From: Octopus vulgaris
Lineage: Eukaryota
Direction of reading: 5' to 3'
NCBI GenBank assembly: GCA_951406725.2
Contig: OX597815.1
Span: 97,154,001-97,218,000, forward strand
Length of the DNA: 64,000 nt
Shown here: piece by piece, positions 41,986 through 57,065 of the stretch
Layout: each line of letters starts with the position of its first letter
How positions within the stretch are numbered: the first letter of the stretch is position 1
Notes under the pieces: generated by a model
Databases searched by the model: none
Seen by the model: the letters and a program-made list of their open reading frames with translations, nothing else
Told to the model about the DNA's origin: nothing
Program-made: the position numbers and the translations under genes

Positions 41986-42294
41986 ATTTTCGGAGTTCTG
42001 TGAGTTTTATAGGGGAATGTCAACATGTGTCAATAGCTAGAATTGAATTCACTTCATGTATTTATTATTCAAAGATGCATTTGAAGGAATGCCCAGTGCT
42101 TTGTTACTTGTTTATCGATATATGGATATAACAAGACATATGAATACATGGTGGAGATAACAAGACATATGAATACATTTTTCTAAACTTTTATTATTTA
42201 TTTGGCAAGATAAATACGAGCATGTATAACAACCTCGAGAAAAGTTTTATTGGCACACAGTAGCTCACTCACACTTCAAATTCTAACTCATGTA

Positions 42295-43404
42295 TCAGGT
42301 TGAGTAAAAAGTAAGCAACGTTTTGAACCATGAAGAATTTGTACCGGATTTTGCTGTGTTTTGAACTTTTAAACATTGCTTTGCAATTGTCTGATAAGAC
42401 AATTAGCATTGATATTTTTTCACTGTCATTACAATAATCTAAAACATTACAATAATCTCTCAAAGCGCTATACTCGAGCAATTTTGCTATTCAACCTCAA
42501 AAAAGGACGAAAATCAGGGGAAACTGCTCGAGATATCAACGAAACATTCAGTCAGGATATGACAAGTGAGTGGTCAGTTCAAAAATGGTTTAAACGATTT
42601 CGCAGTGGAGACCTGAGCCTTGAAGCTCATGAGCGTAGTGGACGCCCATCTGTCATCTATGACGATCAAATTAGGACCGTCATTGAGAAAGATCCAAGTA
42701 ATACCACTAGAAATCTGGTAAAAGAACTTCAAGTTAGCCAGAAAGCTGTCTGCTATCATTTGTATGCGATCAGAAAATCTAAAAATCTCAATAAATTGTT
42801 GCCACCCGATTTGAATGAAAATCAGAAATGCGTAAATGTGAAATTTGCTCATCACTTCTTCTCCATAACCAGACCGATCTATTTCTCGATCGTATGGTAA
42901 CTTTAGTGGTGTACTGATCGACCAATCTGCTATAACTTCTTAAAACCCGGAAAACCATCACTGCAGAAATAAACTGTCAGGAAATTGCCAAAATGAAAGA
43001 AAAACTGCGACTCCTTCGCCCTAGACTGGTCAACAGAAGAGGGCCAATCATTCTTCATTACAATGCTCGACCACACGTTTCACTAATGACGTGCCAGAAG
43101 TTGAGGAAACTTGGCTACAAAGTTCTTCCACACCCAGCTTATTCCCCAGACCTTCCTCCTGTCGACTACCGCTTTTTCAAGCATCCTGATGGTTTCCTCA
43201 GAGATAAGGAGTTCTACAATCAAACCAATGCTGAAAGTGCATTCGACGAATTTTTTTATGCCGCCGGAATAAACAAACGTGTAACTTGTCGAAAATGTGT
43301 TGATTGTAATGGAACTTTGGTGAATAAAAGTTGCGCATTTAAAAAATATATTGTGTTCAATTTCTTTCTTCAAAACGTTGCTTACTTTTTACACAGCTTT
43401 CTGA
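42295..43404 (+). mobile_element. Mariner transposon, internally deleted, transposase pseudogene
   Basis: TIRs TCAGGTTGAGTAAAAAGTAAGCAACGTTTTGAA / TTCAAAACGTTGCTTACTTTTTACACAGCTTTCTGA with TA flanks. Peptides VQKWFKRFRSGDLSLEAHERSGRPS, LPPDL (WVPHEL-like), ILHYNARPH, HPAYSPDLPPVDY. The segment carrying the first catalytic Asp is missing after ~42900. Confidence 0.95.
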
Positions 43405-45463
43405 TATATACCGCTTTCTTATGTGTGTAATTTCGATTGTTAACACAAGCGTCTACACTCCTTCCAGCGTGCTCCTCTTGTTCATCTTCCTATATTCTCA
43501 TGTGAGAAATCGGTCCGCAATATCTAAACATGCACTAAACACATTCCACCTATTCCCTCGTAGTAGAATACCATGTGTACAAGAATTATGTATTAGTAGA
43601 CACCGATTTGCACAATTTTGTACTAGATGAATAACAACATTTCGATCACACGCCCTGAGGAACCGGGGAAATGATTATATCCTATTTCTCATAACCTAAG
43701 GATTTAAAAAGAAAAACAGCATCTCAACAAAATTCTTCACAAAATTCTGGTCTTGTGGTGCCTAATGATAGGTGACATGTGTTTGAAGCTGTTATAACAC
43801 AATTTGACGATGCTTGCGTTTTATTTCTGATGGGTATGTGAGAGATGGAGAGGTATTTTCTGGTTATTGAGTATTTAAATCAATGTCCTGTGTTGGGTTA
43901 AATCCGATAATATTTCAATCAGTTCAATGGTGTAAATATATTTTAAGACTAGAGGTTCGGGAATTTTTTTCTTTTCTGGTTGAATTTGGATAACATGTGA
44001 AGCAGACGCTATAACCATTTCCACTATAGGCAGAAAATTATTAAAACGTCGCCCCTCTGAAATTTGCTTCCCTTAAAATTGAGTGGTTGGTCGAATTTTT
44101 ATTCTTTGTAAAGTAAATGATACATCTTTAATGTTAGCAGATAAATGCACATTGTGTCTTGGTAGATGAGAGTTGGTGAGTGATTAGGTCAAGTGTGCAC
44201 GTCAGATGGCACGTGACTAGGCCTCCTGAATGGATCATGTAATTTCACGATTAGTTTAATCATGACCTTCAGAAGATCTAAAAATAATATGTATGTCTGT
44301 CAGTTTGCCTGTCTGTGCGTGCATGCGTCTACATACACACCAAACATATAGAAACATATATACATACACACACTTACAGAGTCACAAGCACTTAAGCATA
44401 CACGTACAGGCGCATATATATATATATATATATGCGCGCATCTGTGGGGGTGAGTGTATGGCTGTGTGTTTAATATTCACACGTTGAATTGATTGTGTCA
44501 GAAAAATATGCGTTGTATTTGGCGCCACAACTTACAGGTGTGTATGTCGTGTTTTCGGTCTGCGATCTGTGTACTGGAAATTATTCAACAAACCGAACGT
44601 GGCTTCACAATAAACTGTTGTTCTACTAACCGTTAGAGTTTATGCTCTGCCATTTAACGCTATGGAACGCTTTGATAAGTAACAGTAACAGTCTTATGAG
44701 CTATTCAGATTGGTGAAAGGAATTTTATTGATCGTTAAAATGTACAAAATAAACTGTGATGTGAATCTTTGCACAATTTATATGTTTATAATAGTCTATA
44801 CATGTATAGCTGTTGGCAACAAACCAATTCAAGTAAATATTGCAGACATGCGTGGCGTATCACTAAACATATAATTTCTAATCAATTATTGACCCAAAAT
44901 AAAATCACTTTCTACAATGTCTGAATGGTATAGAAATGAAATAAACACTTGTTGACGAAACAACCCTGACGCATGTTGTTTGCTCAGCTAACTTGTTTAA
45001 ATGACCGTGTACGTAAACATGACTCGTATTTAAAAAAAATATATACAATGAAAAGATATTGATTACTTGCATTGACACATAGCCACAGGCATGAAGCTAG
45101 TTGGATTAACTCCAGCAAATAGGTGGTTTTGAAATTATCAACACCGAAGATACAAACGCAAAACTGAAACAGGCAGATTAGAACAAGTAGATGAATTAAA
45201 ATAATCATAACGTAGGCGTTACGATAGAAGAACGCAGGTAAGAAATTCTTGATTATATCATTTGAGGTATTCAGCTGTTACTTTCTTTATTGCCTCCAAG
45301 TTAATTGGAGGGAAAATATCGTGATTGCTTAGGAATGTTCCCGTCGGATTCATTTTGCAAATGTTTCTATTTACTGCTTTACTGAACAACAGATATCTAT
45401 CACGTGAAGAGACGTCGCTTTGGACACATAGTGTTTTCTGGTTTGTCACCAACGTGCGTATAC

Positions 45464-45474
45464 ACACACACACA

Positions 45475-45554
<80 letters not shown>

Positions 45555-45676
45555 ACTGAACGATTAGTACGCACATATCATGAGTTAATAAACACGAGAA
45601 AATGTACGAGAGCGACAATTTTTGACGAAGTTTATTAGTATAAACTTGGAAAGGAGTAAAAGACGAAAATTATTAT

Positions 45677-45745
<69 letters not shown>

Positions 45746-45767
45746 CAGCAGTAGTAGTAGTAGTAGT
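45464..45767. repeat. (CA)n at 45464-45536 and (GTA)n at 45677-45767
   Basis: Direct inspection. Confidence 0.95.
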
Positions 45768-46545
45768 GAAGAGAAGTCTTGACATTTTAAAGTTTAATGT
45801 TTAAAGAAATTTTAAAGTTTTAAATTTTAAAATTTGGTATGTTCATGTAATTTCCCACGCTGAATTTCAAACATAAGTTATACAATTTTAAAGTTTGATC
45901 ATTTTTACCCAGTGAGAAAATAGGATTGGGAAGCTGTTATTTTGTGTGTGACTGCAGTAATGAAATATTGGCGGAATTCTACTTCTATGCAAGCGATATA
46001 ACCCAGTCATAAATTCAGTTTTTTGAAATTTTCTGAAAACGTTTGCAAATTTGTATTGTACACGCAACCATTCATACGATTATTCAGAGAAAAAATATAT
46101 ATTTGGGTGCGTTATTTAAAGCCTATTTAACTATTATTTTTAGCAAATCTCATGATCAAATCATATCACATGCGTTTTAAACATTTAATAAGCGACAGAT
46201 GGATCACGTGCTTAGCAGCTTGGTAACAGCTTGTTTATTGTTATGGAAACAGACACCTATATGTCTTTAGCACTCGATTGGCTAAAATTACTCATAATTT
46301 GCAAACTTTAAAACTTATTAACTCTTCATTTTTTGAGTTGTGGCGAAAGTGAATTTCATGTCATTGATTAACTTACAAAACTACTCCAATACGCCGAATA
46401 TGAAATCAATTGGAACAAAAATTGAAGCAATTGAAAAGTAGCTGCTAAACAGAAGAGTTTCGAATATCTTAATAACACTAATGGAATCCAGTGGTGAAGT
46501 GGTGTAAAAAAATCTTATGTATTGGTAGAGAGTGAAAAGTTATAA

Positions 46546-46917
46546 TGTGGAGAAATGGTATTCAGTGTTACTGGAGAGAAGTAGAGGTGGTTTAAAGACT
46601 CGAGGGGAAAGTCCATGGGTGCAATTCGAGGTAGGTAGTAAAATAGTAAAGCATTTGTACCTACGATGGCATGTATCCCGGGTGCGAAAACACGAGTTGC
46701 TTGACCTTTTGTTTGGCGAGTGTGTATGTGAGATGTGCGTATGCCCATGTGTTTCAGTGCATGCGTGTGTGTGTATGCGTGTGTAAAAGAAGTATGAAAG
46801 AAGGAGTGGTCGAACATCGGTCTGTTGCCATTGGTGGTGTGAGTGACATTATATATATATATATATATAAATATGTGTCTGCCTGAATAAATGTCACGTC
46901 TACAAGTCTGTCCCACA
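46546..46917 (+). mobile_element. Candidate solo LTR
   Basis: TGTGG...CCACA termini, AATAAA ~30 bp before the end, flanks TTATAA/TTTTAA (5/6 match). Confidence 0.3.
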
Positions 46918-47204
46918 TTTTAAAACAACTTTTTCTCTTTAAATTTCCTCCTCCAAACACTCATGCATCGAAATCGACGGGAGCGACTGCCATTAATGAG
47001 TGTACATTTATTTGTCTGTATCTGAAATAGATTCAGCATTCCAGCATAGAGTGCCACGGGCAGTTATCGAACCCAAAATCATGTGCTTGGGAAACTGACA
47101 TTTTAGCCATTCACACTGTTATTTATTTAATTGCAATGCTAATTAAATCTCTGCATGATTCTATCACAAACATTTTAAAGAAATAACTGAATGGCGATAA
47201 TCTT

Positions 47205-47453
47205 GGTGCTACTTAAGAAGATTGTTCCCGGTGCGTGCACTCGCGTAGTCGCGCATCCGCACTAGCTAGTCGTGAGTACTCGATCCTATAACGACTACCT
47301 AGCAAAGTAAATAAAACACAAAATAAATATTTTTTTTTACACAAAGTAAATAAAACAGAAAAACACAAAATAAATAATTTTTTAAAGAATGTAAATAAAA
47401 TACAAAAACACAAAGTAAGGATCGACTAGTCACGACTCTTCTTAAGTAGTACT
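47205..47453. mobile_element. MITE with 9-bp target-site duplication (Mutator/MULE-like)
   Basis: TSD GATAATCTT at 47196-47204 and 47454-47462. TIR GTGCTACTTAAGAAGA / TCTTCTTAAGTAGTAC. Subterminal inverted pair AGTCGTGAGTACTCGATCCT / AGGATCGACTAGTCACGACT. Internal GTAAATAAAA repeats. Confidence 0.8.
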
Positions 47454-48309
47454 GATAATCTTACCATTCGTGGCTATTATTGAATGCATTTATCTTGATT
47501 CACGTTTGTCATAGTGTTATTTGTATAACATTACTAAGATAAGTGTGGTATGTAGGAATTGTTACAGCGTTGAATAAAACTCTTAAAAATACACGTGTTT
47601 ATATCTTGATTCCTAAAACCAACCAGGGTCAACATTGATTTCCATCCTTTAGATGATAAAATGAAGTACCAATCAAGTAGTGCCTCGAAATAATTATCAA
47701 TATAATCACGCAAATTTAAAGATGTATATAGTATGTGAGAAAAAAACCTAAATTAATCACAACTTATCTTAAAGAAGCGCAAATGAAAACTATTTGAGAA
47801 ATTACTTGAATGAATACTTAGAAGTACAGAAGTATATTTACAAGACATTTTGAGAGTATATGTATATGGCATCGTTCCAAAATCAGTAGAAAATAAATAT
47901 TTCAGTTAATATTCATTAACAGCAAAACAAAACACATATTGAATGAACCCACACATATATATGTGATTTAAAAAATAACATTTTAAGTTATGATGGCATG
48001 CAAATGACGTATATACACAAGCGCACGTTCCTCTACATATAGACATCTTTTATTCGCCTATTTACTTTTGGTAGCAACGTAGTGGTGTTATATAGCTTTG
48101 ATCGAACACGCTTCAGTAGAAACGGGCTAAACAATTATTTCAAATTTGCACTTATATCCGGCGCCAACTTTCTTTTTCCTTTTTTCTTTGTGCTATCTCT
48201 TTATTCCTTGAGGCCTTTCTCAGGTGTTTAATTATTTTATATCTGTGTTTTCCTTTTTGCTTCTGTTCTCCTTGTTTCTTATTTCATGTTTATATTTTCC
48301 CACCATCTT

Positions 48310-48510
48310 TTCTTCTTCTTCTTCTTCTTCTTCTTCTTCTTCTTCTTCTTCTTCTTCTTCTTCTTCTTCTTCTTCTTCTTCTTCTTCTTCTTCTTCTTCT
48401 TTGTCTTCTTATTCTTATTCTTTTTCTACTACTACTACTACTACTACTACTACTAACAACAACAGCTACTACTACTACTAACAACAACAACGACAACAAC
48501 AACAACAACA

Positions 48511-48577
<67 letters not shown>
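48310..48577. repeat. Compound (TCT)n/(CTA)n/(CAA)n/(CTG)n microsatellite
   Basis: Direct inspection. Confidence 0.95.
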
Positions 48578-48578
<1 letters not shown>

Positions 48579-50434
48579 ACAGACACCGTTCAACTACTGA
48601 ATTTATTTATAGCCTTTAAAATAAGATTCACTTTCTTATCTGCACACTTTTCCTTCGGCCCCCACACTTGAAGGACATCGGCCCATCTACCTTTGCTGTC
48701 GTACGTTACTTTAGAAATTTTATTTAGATAAGTCGCTAATAAAACTTCGCTCAATGTACGTTTACTTGTTGGCAGCAAGGGTGCTGCACTTAACAACAAA
48801 AAACCGTCTCACTGTGCAGAATCGTCAGAGCAGCAGTTTTATAATTTACGTTAATGGTTGTAGCGTCTTGCGTCCTTCCTTCGAATCCTGCTGAGTTCAA
48901 CGGTAACCATTTGTCGATAAAATTATCACAAATAAACCATTAGTTTCATTCGTATTTTCTCCTACCTCTCACTTTCTAACCCTGCCATTCTCAATATTGG
49001 TTTTATCCATACACACAAACGAGTGTGTGTGTATGTGTGTGTATGTGTATGTGTGTGTGTGTGTGCGTGTGTGTCTTTAGATAGACATATACACCTATAC
49101 GTATATATATGTAGATGTTTCTGTGCTATTTAATACCAGGAAATTTGTACAAATCTTTCACTCTTTAGTTTTTTTTTCCAATCAAACTACCCTTAACCCC
49201 GATTTGACCATGATATTAAGGTGAATGAAATAATACAATAAGTTCATGCTTACATCTGAACTGAAAAGTATCCTAATAATGATTTCATCATTGTACAAAG
49301 AAAAAAGAAAAAAAAAACACGTTAAAAACAATATATCACATAAATGCGTTATCTAATCTTTTTTCTGCAGAATCAGGATTCTTATATTTATTTTATTTCC
49401 CTCTTTGCAAGTGACGTGAAAAAAAATGATGTATGCGTCTTGTTCTGTAGAACGACTGGACGTTGTTTTCTGTGCAACGAAATCAATATTAATAGGACAG
49501 ATAAAGACCATCTGTAGAATTGCTTAATCTAGAAATAGAATTGCAAATTAAATTGTTCAGTAAAAAAAAAAAGCATCATTGCATAAATGGATTTTATATG
49601 GTAGTTCCAGTCAGAAATGAATGATTATTGTATTGAATGACTACCCCTATTGCATTTCGTGGCCTGAACTATACTTGAATGGCACCAAGAAAATTGTTCA
49701 CTTTCCCATAACCAGATATAGACAGCAGGAACACGTGTTAGATGATATTTATGCAACGGTCCATATAATATTTCTTTCTATATACTGATTATCAATAATA
49801 TGATACGCGTTTATTTCTTCTACTTTGTGTTCATATTTCTCCTTCTCTCGAAAAAATCCCTGTAATATCCAGTAAACTATAACTGTTGCAAATAATATTA
49901 AAACAATACTGTTTAAGAAAAAATACAGATTTTGAATAGTTCTTACAATATTGGAAATATATCTCGTGGTACAACTTGAAATCAACTGCCATATAAATGT
50001 ATAAACGGCGCCTGGTGTAGTTTCCAGATAGTTTTTCCAAAATGTTCCATTCTAGTCTAGTTTTATCAGAAACACACAATCGATTATATGTGATCTAAAT
50101 TTTCGGTACGTCGTCTATTTATGTTATCGTGTGAGAAATACAATTAACGCAATTAAGAGAAAATCAAATCTTTAGAAATAAAATCACAATTTGTTATTCA
50201 AAGATTTAAATAACTATTTAGCAAGACTCTATTTCTTTCAAGCGTCGTATTTTTGAATGAAGCCATTACTAATTAAATTCCAGCGTGCGTGTTTTGTCCT
50301 AAAACAAAATCAATATTTGTATTATTGTTTTAACATTGGTGAGTATGGATATTAATTATGCACGAGAACTTGCATTGGGTATTTGAAAATAGTCCTTCTG
50401 AACAATATGTTCGTTGTGCGATTGCATGTATATA

Positions 50435-50485
<51 letters not shown>

Positions 50486-51183
50486 ATGTGTGTTTACATA
50501 CATCTATATATGTATATATATATTCATATATATATAATGTATATATATTTAGATACATACGCGCATAAGCACACATACGCACACACGGATACACACACCT
50601 ATACATTATGGCATGTATGCGTGCTAATCTCAGGTTTCTATTGAAAAGGGAAGACGAGGGAGAAGTCTATACATTTGAAGCTGGATTGATAAATTCCGCT
50701 TCATTATTTCCTAATATAAAATTAGTTAATTATGGGAAGTGCAAAAAATCTATAATATATTATTGTTTAGTCTAATGAAGGAATTGTTATTGTTCTATTT
50801 TAGAATGTTGGATTTTATCCGTACTAAACATAAAATTATGATGCATATGTGTAACGGTTTATGAATATTTATATATACATAAATAATTTCGTTTCACGCT
50901 TATTGTTTTGACGTAAAAAAATTCTGTTTTTTAGACACACATATTCTATGCATATGTATGTGTAGGTGGGTGCATCTACTTGAGTTCATGTATTTGTATT
51001 TCAGAATCTGTAACCGTTCTTTTTTAGTTTTCTATATTCATATTGTAATACAATATCACTCTTGTTTTTTCAATTTGTAAATTTGCACAGAATCTAAAAC
51101 AGTAGTTCTTCATAGATACGCAGAACTTATAACTAACACAACATGAAACAAATTCATTATTGGTATTAGTTATTATTAGTACA

Positions 51184-51395
51184 GGGGGCGAGCTGGTAAT
51201 TTTTTGCATACTCGGCAAAATGTATAGTGGCATTTCGACCGTCTTTACTTTCTGAGTCGAAATATTGCTGGAGCTAATTTTATATTTCATCAGTTCGGAG
51301 GTCGATAAAATGAATACATACTGAACACTCGGGTCGATGTAATCGACTAGCGCCGCCCGCCAAATTTTCAGCTATTGTGCCTTTAGTACAAGGTA
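51184..51395 (+). mobile_element. SINE (AAGGCGG-headed family), decayed
   Basis: GGCGAGCTGG...TTTCATCAGTTCGGAGGTCGATAAAATGAATAC...CACTCGGGTCGATGTAATCGACT...TTGTGCCTTTAGTA. Confidence 0.75.
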
Positions 51396-51565
51396 TATTA
51401 TTAATAGGCAAATTATGTCCCACTAATGAAATATATACTCAATGAGATAAAAACAATTCTCACAACCTCTCACACATACTGTCATGTAGACCGTTCGTTC
51501 AATCCGGATTAATACTAAGAGAATAATTTATAAACTGTTAGGTATGAGTACACACACACACATAC

Positions 51566-51613
<48 letters not shown>

Positions 51614-51787
51614 TTATATATGTATATATAAATATTTATATATATATATACGTCTTCATGGATACCAATATATTGCCCAGTCAGATTTCAATGCTTATTC
51701 CCTAACATGGTTTCCGTGAACACTTACATAATACTCATTATTTATTAGTTATTTATCATCACATTACATGCATTGTGATATATACAT

Positions 51788-51927
<140 letters not shown>

Positions 51928-52143
51928 ATTTTCTCACCAATCATATATGTGTGTCCTATACTTCCCACTTTTGTTCATGGGATGTGTATACACTTAATGG
52001 GTAGCTAAATTTTAATAAATCTTCTGAATGCTTTGCTGCCTGTACTAGAGAGCACTGAGATTCCCAAGTTAGACACTTCATGATAACTACAGCTGCCAAT
52101 CAGGATAAAGTGGCCTGCCATACTATGAAGCATTAAAAATATA

Positions 52144-52944
52144 CCAAATAATACGCAAAAGAAACTGGAATTTTGCAATATTTCATTCATTTAATTTTAC
52201 ATGTTTACACATTTATCGCTTTCAAAGTGTTCTCCATTTGGAGCAATGCACCGGTCCTGGAACTCTTGCTAAGTGATGCCTTTTAACGCCTCCGACGATG
52301 TTTTCTTCACTTCTTCCACATCCGCAAATACCGCAAAACCAGATTTCCAACTGTGGTTTCAGTTCACGGCACGCATTCAATCGTGACCCCTTTTGCTCTT
52401 CCGTGAGCAACGGAGGCGCCACTCTTTTATTCGTAATTCATTGTTGAAACTTCGTTGGCAGAAGCTCCAGGACACACTAGTCACATCAACAAGTTCGGCG
52501 ACGGTCCTCCAAGATCAGTTCATTAATTTTCATGTTTTCCTTCGTTCGGGCAGTCGACGGTCTCCTTGAATGAGATTGGTCTTCAAGCGGCAAGTGAGTA
52601 TCCTTAAAGTGTTAAAATTCCTCGAAAGCTTCCTTTGCTCATGGCAGCGTTCTTGTAAGCTGTTTGAATCATGACAACTGTTTCGGCCGCCGTTTTCCCC
52701 AGCAGAAAAGAGAATTTCATGGGAGTACGTTTTTCTTCATTTCAGCCACCGCAAAAATCGACAAACTTGGGGCAAGTACTGCAAAACAAAGATGCACTAC
52801 GTTAAAATACAACCCCACCAGAAGAAGCCGGTCGGCTGACTAATGCCAGAGGTTGGCATCTAGTGGCTGCTTGCGACAGAAACCTGAACTACAACAGGCT
52901 CGCCCCACAGAGAACGTTTCCGTTTACTTTTGTGTACCTCCTCG
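52144..52944 (-). mobile_element. Second mariner remnant (different subfamily), large internal deletion
   Basis: Minus-strand peptides MKFSFLLGKTAAETVVMIQTAYKNAAMSK, LEDQSHSRRPSTARTKEN, LILEDRR, LLTEEQKGSRLNACREL and C-terminal DRCIAPNGEHFESD. End CGAGGAGGTACACAAAAGTAAACGGAA has a decayed partner at ~52144-52171. Confidence 0.8.
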
Positions 52945-54291
52945 AATTTGAGCGCTGTCTTTCCTTTCTAACTTACCTTATAGAATTGACTGTGATAGTG
53001 CCTCATCAATCTTGAGTTTCACAATAACATCAGTTAGCCTAATTACATAACTTAAAGGTTATAAAAGGAAAGTTAATACAATGTAAAATATACTCCGCGC
53101 TATGTAAAAAGGCAGGCTTGTTATAAGAATAACGCCTTTGATCATAGGTGTGCTCAGTCAGGGCATATTTGGAATAACAAGTTGATCGAGATCAATAACT
53201 GCAGTTTATGTCAAAAACCTGATAATAAGAGAGATCTAAAAGAGGTTTAATAACGCAACCTGCTCTTCTTCCCCTGCATACTGATGAAAATAAATTGTTC
53301 ATATTCTATATCAATGTGTTTAGCGCACAAAACCATATTACGAAGCGAGATTGAAGATATTAAATTACCAAAGGGAAATAGCTTGAAATATTTGTGAAGA
53401 TTTAATGACCGAATTAAATATGTTATCTCACTTTCTCATGAGTTAATCGACGTTACAGTTATTTTACTTTAGCTTCACTTCCATCATGTATTATATCAGC
53501 ATGCACAAACCTACATAAACAGACATATATATATATATCTATACACACACACTGAAACACATGTACATACACGCACGCACACATACACACACACATACAC
53601 ACACAAGTCCACACATATATGTGTGTGTGTCTGCGTGTGTGTACATACACTCACACGTACAAATTAACATGTATTGCTAATATATTCCTATCATGCTTTG
53701 CCAGCAGATCATATCGACAGGCTTCGGCATATTTCCTGCCTACCAAATTACACACACACACACAGACACACACGAACACACACACACACACACACATACA
53801 CAAACACACACACATATGCATACCCCTATAAATAGGAATAAAGGCACCTGCACCTAGAAGGCAGGGCGCCCACGATTTTATTAGGCTTTTCATGAGCAGA
53901 GCTCTAGCGTCAACTCCTTCTTAAAGAATGCTCATTGTAAAAATGTTATTACAACATATTTTTGTAACACAGGTTTACACACTAAATTCTCGCAATAACA
54001 CACACGTATACACATGCACTCTTCGTGTGATCTCCTGTGCCGCACTTTATGTTTTTCATCAGTAGAGAAGTTATTATCATTATTAATATCATCATTATTG
54101 TTGTTGTTATTGTTAATGATGCTATTAACTTTTAAACTGCATGTTTCTTATAATTAATTGCTGAGACACACCTAACGTCCTAGCGCAAGTATGACTGAAA
54201 GGTTGGGGGGGGGAAGCTGCAAGGGCATCAGCGAAATATCTTCATATAATACAGCCTAAACACTCAAATTAATAAATATTTGTATGTGCAT

Positions 54292-54328
<37 letters not shown>

Positions 54329-54759
54329 GTATCTTGTGTTGCAAGATTCCCAATGTGAAACCTTGTATTGAAAGAGAGATTCTTGTATTTCGGGGTGGTC
54401 ATTCTTCATTCCTTTTCATTTTTCTTTTTGCTAAATAAACAAATGCACTACATAATCTTTCTTCATTTGTTTATTACTGTTCTCCATTGTCCGGCGATCT
54501 TTCGTCACCCACCTGTGACCGCTTCAGCGACACTTACCGTCCTGTTATGTGCTCCGGTTCCGCTTAGATATATTAAGCGGAACAGACGCTCACATGACGC
54601 TGGAGATATATGTGGCGAAACATTTCCGGAGATTGGGCATAAATTAAAATGAGATACATCGAGAATTCATTAAAAACAGTCCCAATCACTACTAACATCC
54701 ACAACGTTGCACATTCAGGGAACTTGACAATTTAACATCCTATCATATCACACCCTCAT

Positions 54760-54990
54760 TCTTCTTCTTCTTCTTCTTCTTCTTCTTCTTCTTCTTCTTC
54801 TTCTTCTTCTTCTTCTTCTTCTTCTTCTTCTTCTTCTTCTTCTTCTTCTTCTTCTTCTTCTTCTTCTTCTTCTTCTTCTTCTTCTCCTCCTTCTCCTCCT
54901 CCTCCTCCTGATTCCTATTCTTCTTCTTCTCCTCCTCCTCCTCCTTCTCCCCCTTCTCCTCCTCCTCCTCCTCCTCCTTCTTCTTCTTCT
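54760..54990. repeat. (TTC)n/(TCC)n microsatellite
   Basis: Direct inspection. Confidence 0.95.
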
Positions 54991-55297
54991 TTTCTGCCAC
55001 CCGCATCCTTTACTACTATTGTTGCTTAAACAAGCAAATTCAAGAATTCATAAGTACCCCGTACCCACAAGAGGAAAAAAGAGAGAGGCAGAGACAGGCA
55101 GAAACAAGGAAAATGCCACTTGTATAGAAATATTTTTTTAAAAGCTTTTCATTTAATATTTCCACAATTTAATTTCCTCCATACTTAGAGTTGGAAAAGC
55201 TTCAGACTGAAACCAGTACAAAAATGTTTTACATAATTTTTTTTAGCATTTTCTACCTTGACTTATTATATATATATACATTTATATATATATATAT

Positions 55298-55445
<148 letters not shown>

Positions 55446-55458
55446 TTTAAGGTGCGCA

Positions 55459-55627
55459 GGCGCACGTGTGTCTGTGTGTGAAGAAGCTTGCTTCCTAACC
55501 ACATGGTCCCGGGCTTAATCACGCCGCGTGGCACCTTGTGCAAGTGACACCTTGGGCAATACTCCAGCCTCGGCCCGACCAAAGCCTTTTGTGTGCATTA
55601 GGTAGAGGGACACAGTAAGAAGCCCGT
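55459..55627 (+). mobile_element. tRNA-headed SINE with CORE-like segment
   Basis: AAGAAGCTTGCTTCCTAACCACATGGTCCCGGGCTTAATCAC head, then GGCACCTTGTGCAAGTG (CORE-like ACCTTGGGCAAGT) and CCTCGGCCCGACCAAAGCC shared with the 12.3-kb copy. Confidence 0.7.
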
Positions 55628-56296
55628 ACTATATATATTTATGCTTTTATGTTTATGTAAATATATACATGTATATACATGTGTGTGTGTGTTTGTGTAT
55701 ATATGGATGTATATAGGTAGGTAGATTGGTAAGAAGGTAGCTAGGGATACTTTCACGCACACAAGCACTGTGACAAATTTGTATGCTTTTATGTATGAAA
55801 GTGTGTTTTGTATAATGCTGTTATCCTAAATGTCTTAGTGTATATTCAAATTACTCCAATGAAACCAAACCACAAATGATTTCAGTTGTAACTGTGTCAA
55901 CGAAGATTCTGGATAATTCTTCTGAAGTATGAAAGATTACCTTTATATGGGAATATACATTACAAAGTGTTATCGCTTACTCACTGAACGACTCTCTTAA
56001 TTAAAGTAATAATAATTGATACCTAGTCTACAGAGATTTAAAGCATAAATTGTCTGCAAATGTGTGAGTGTGTTAGCATTTGTGTGCATGTGTGCTTCAC
56101 TATGTTAATTATTCTGCAGTCCGTGTACGCTAAATATATTTCTTTCGTTGTTTTCATTTTCTTATTTACGTTTGCAACAATTGAAATCATAATTAAGCTC
56201 ACACACATACATACACGCACAAGCCTAAAACACAGTTGCTGAGGCGTACACATACGTACACGAACGTGCAGGAAATATAAATTCACATACACATAG

Positions 56297-56349
<53 letters not shown>

Positions 56350-56991
56350 ACTTTATAACACAATAAATGATTTGTAGGTTTGTTAGGTATAATTATATAC
56401 ATACATATATTTATAGATACAAATATATATATATATGTGTGTGTGTGTGTGCTTGTGTATGTATTTGCATTTAAGTGTGTGTGAGTGTATGTGTGTGTGT
56501 GTGTGTGTATGTGTGTGTAAATATATCTCCATATTTACATACACACGTATCTACGTACCTTTATGTGCAAAAGAACAAGGTGTGCGTATGGGTTTGTATA
56601 ACTTAGTTGTATGAAGAAGAGAAAAGATTATTCAGCAAAAGTAGAATTCTATAGCAAACTTCATAGAGATTGCTGCATCAGCAATTACCTGGATATTCAC
56701 TCATCTTTTGTCACATTTTCACAGATGCAAATCAGAAGTTGACCGATAAACCAACGTTTCCCATTGGTGGAATCTAGTGAAATACAAAATATCTTGAGTA
56801 ATATCACATATGTATAAATCGATAAGATGCACATTGTTATATGTTAGAAAGCATAATTGAAAATTAGTAACTTAAGGAATTAGGAAAACTTATTTATGTG
56901 CATATAACGAGGCAAATTACTTACTCAGATACCACCAAGTTCGTGTGTGTTTGTGAGTTCACACGCAAAGGCACATACACGTGCACACATA

Positions 56992-57065
<74 letters not shown>

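Noticed and set aside
42376-43430. SETMAR-like host gene
   Set aside because: TIRs, TA TSD, frameshifts and an internal deletion show a transposon copy. No SET domain.
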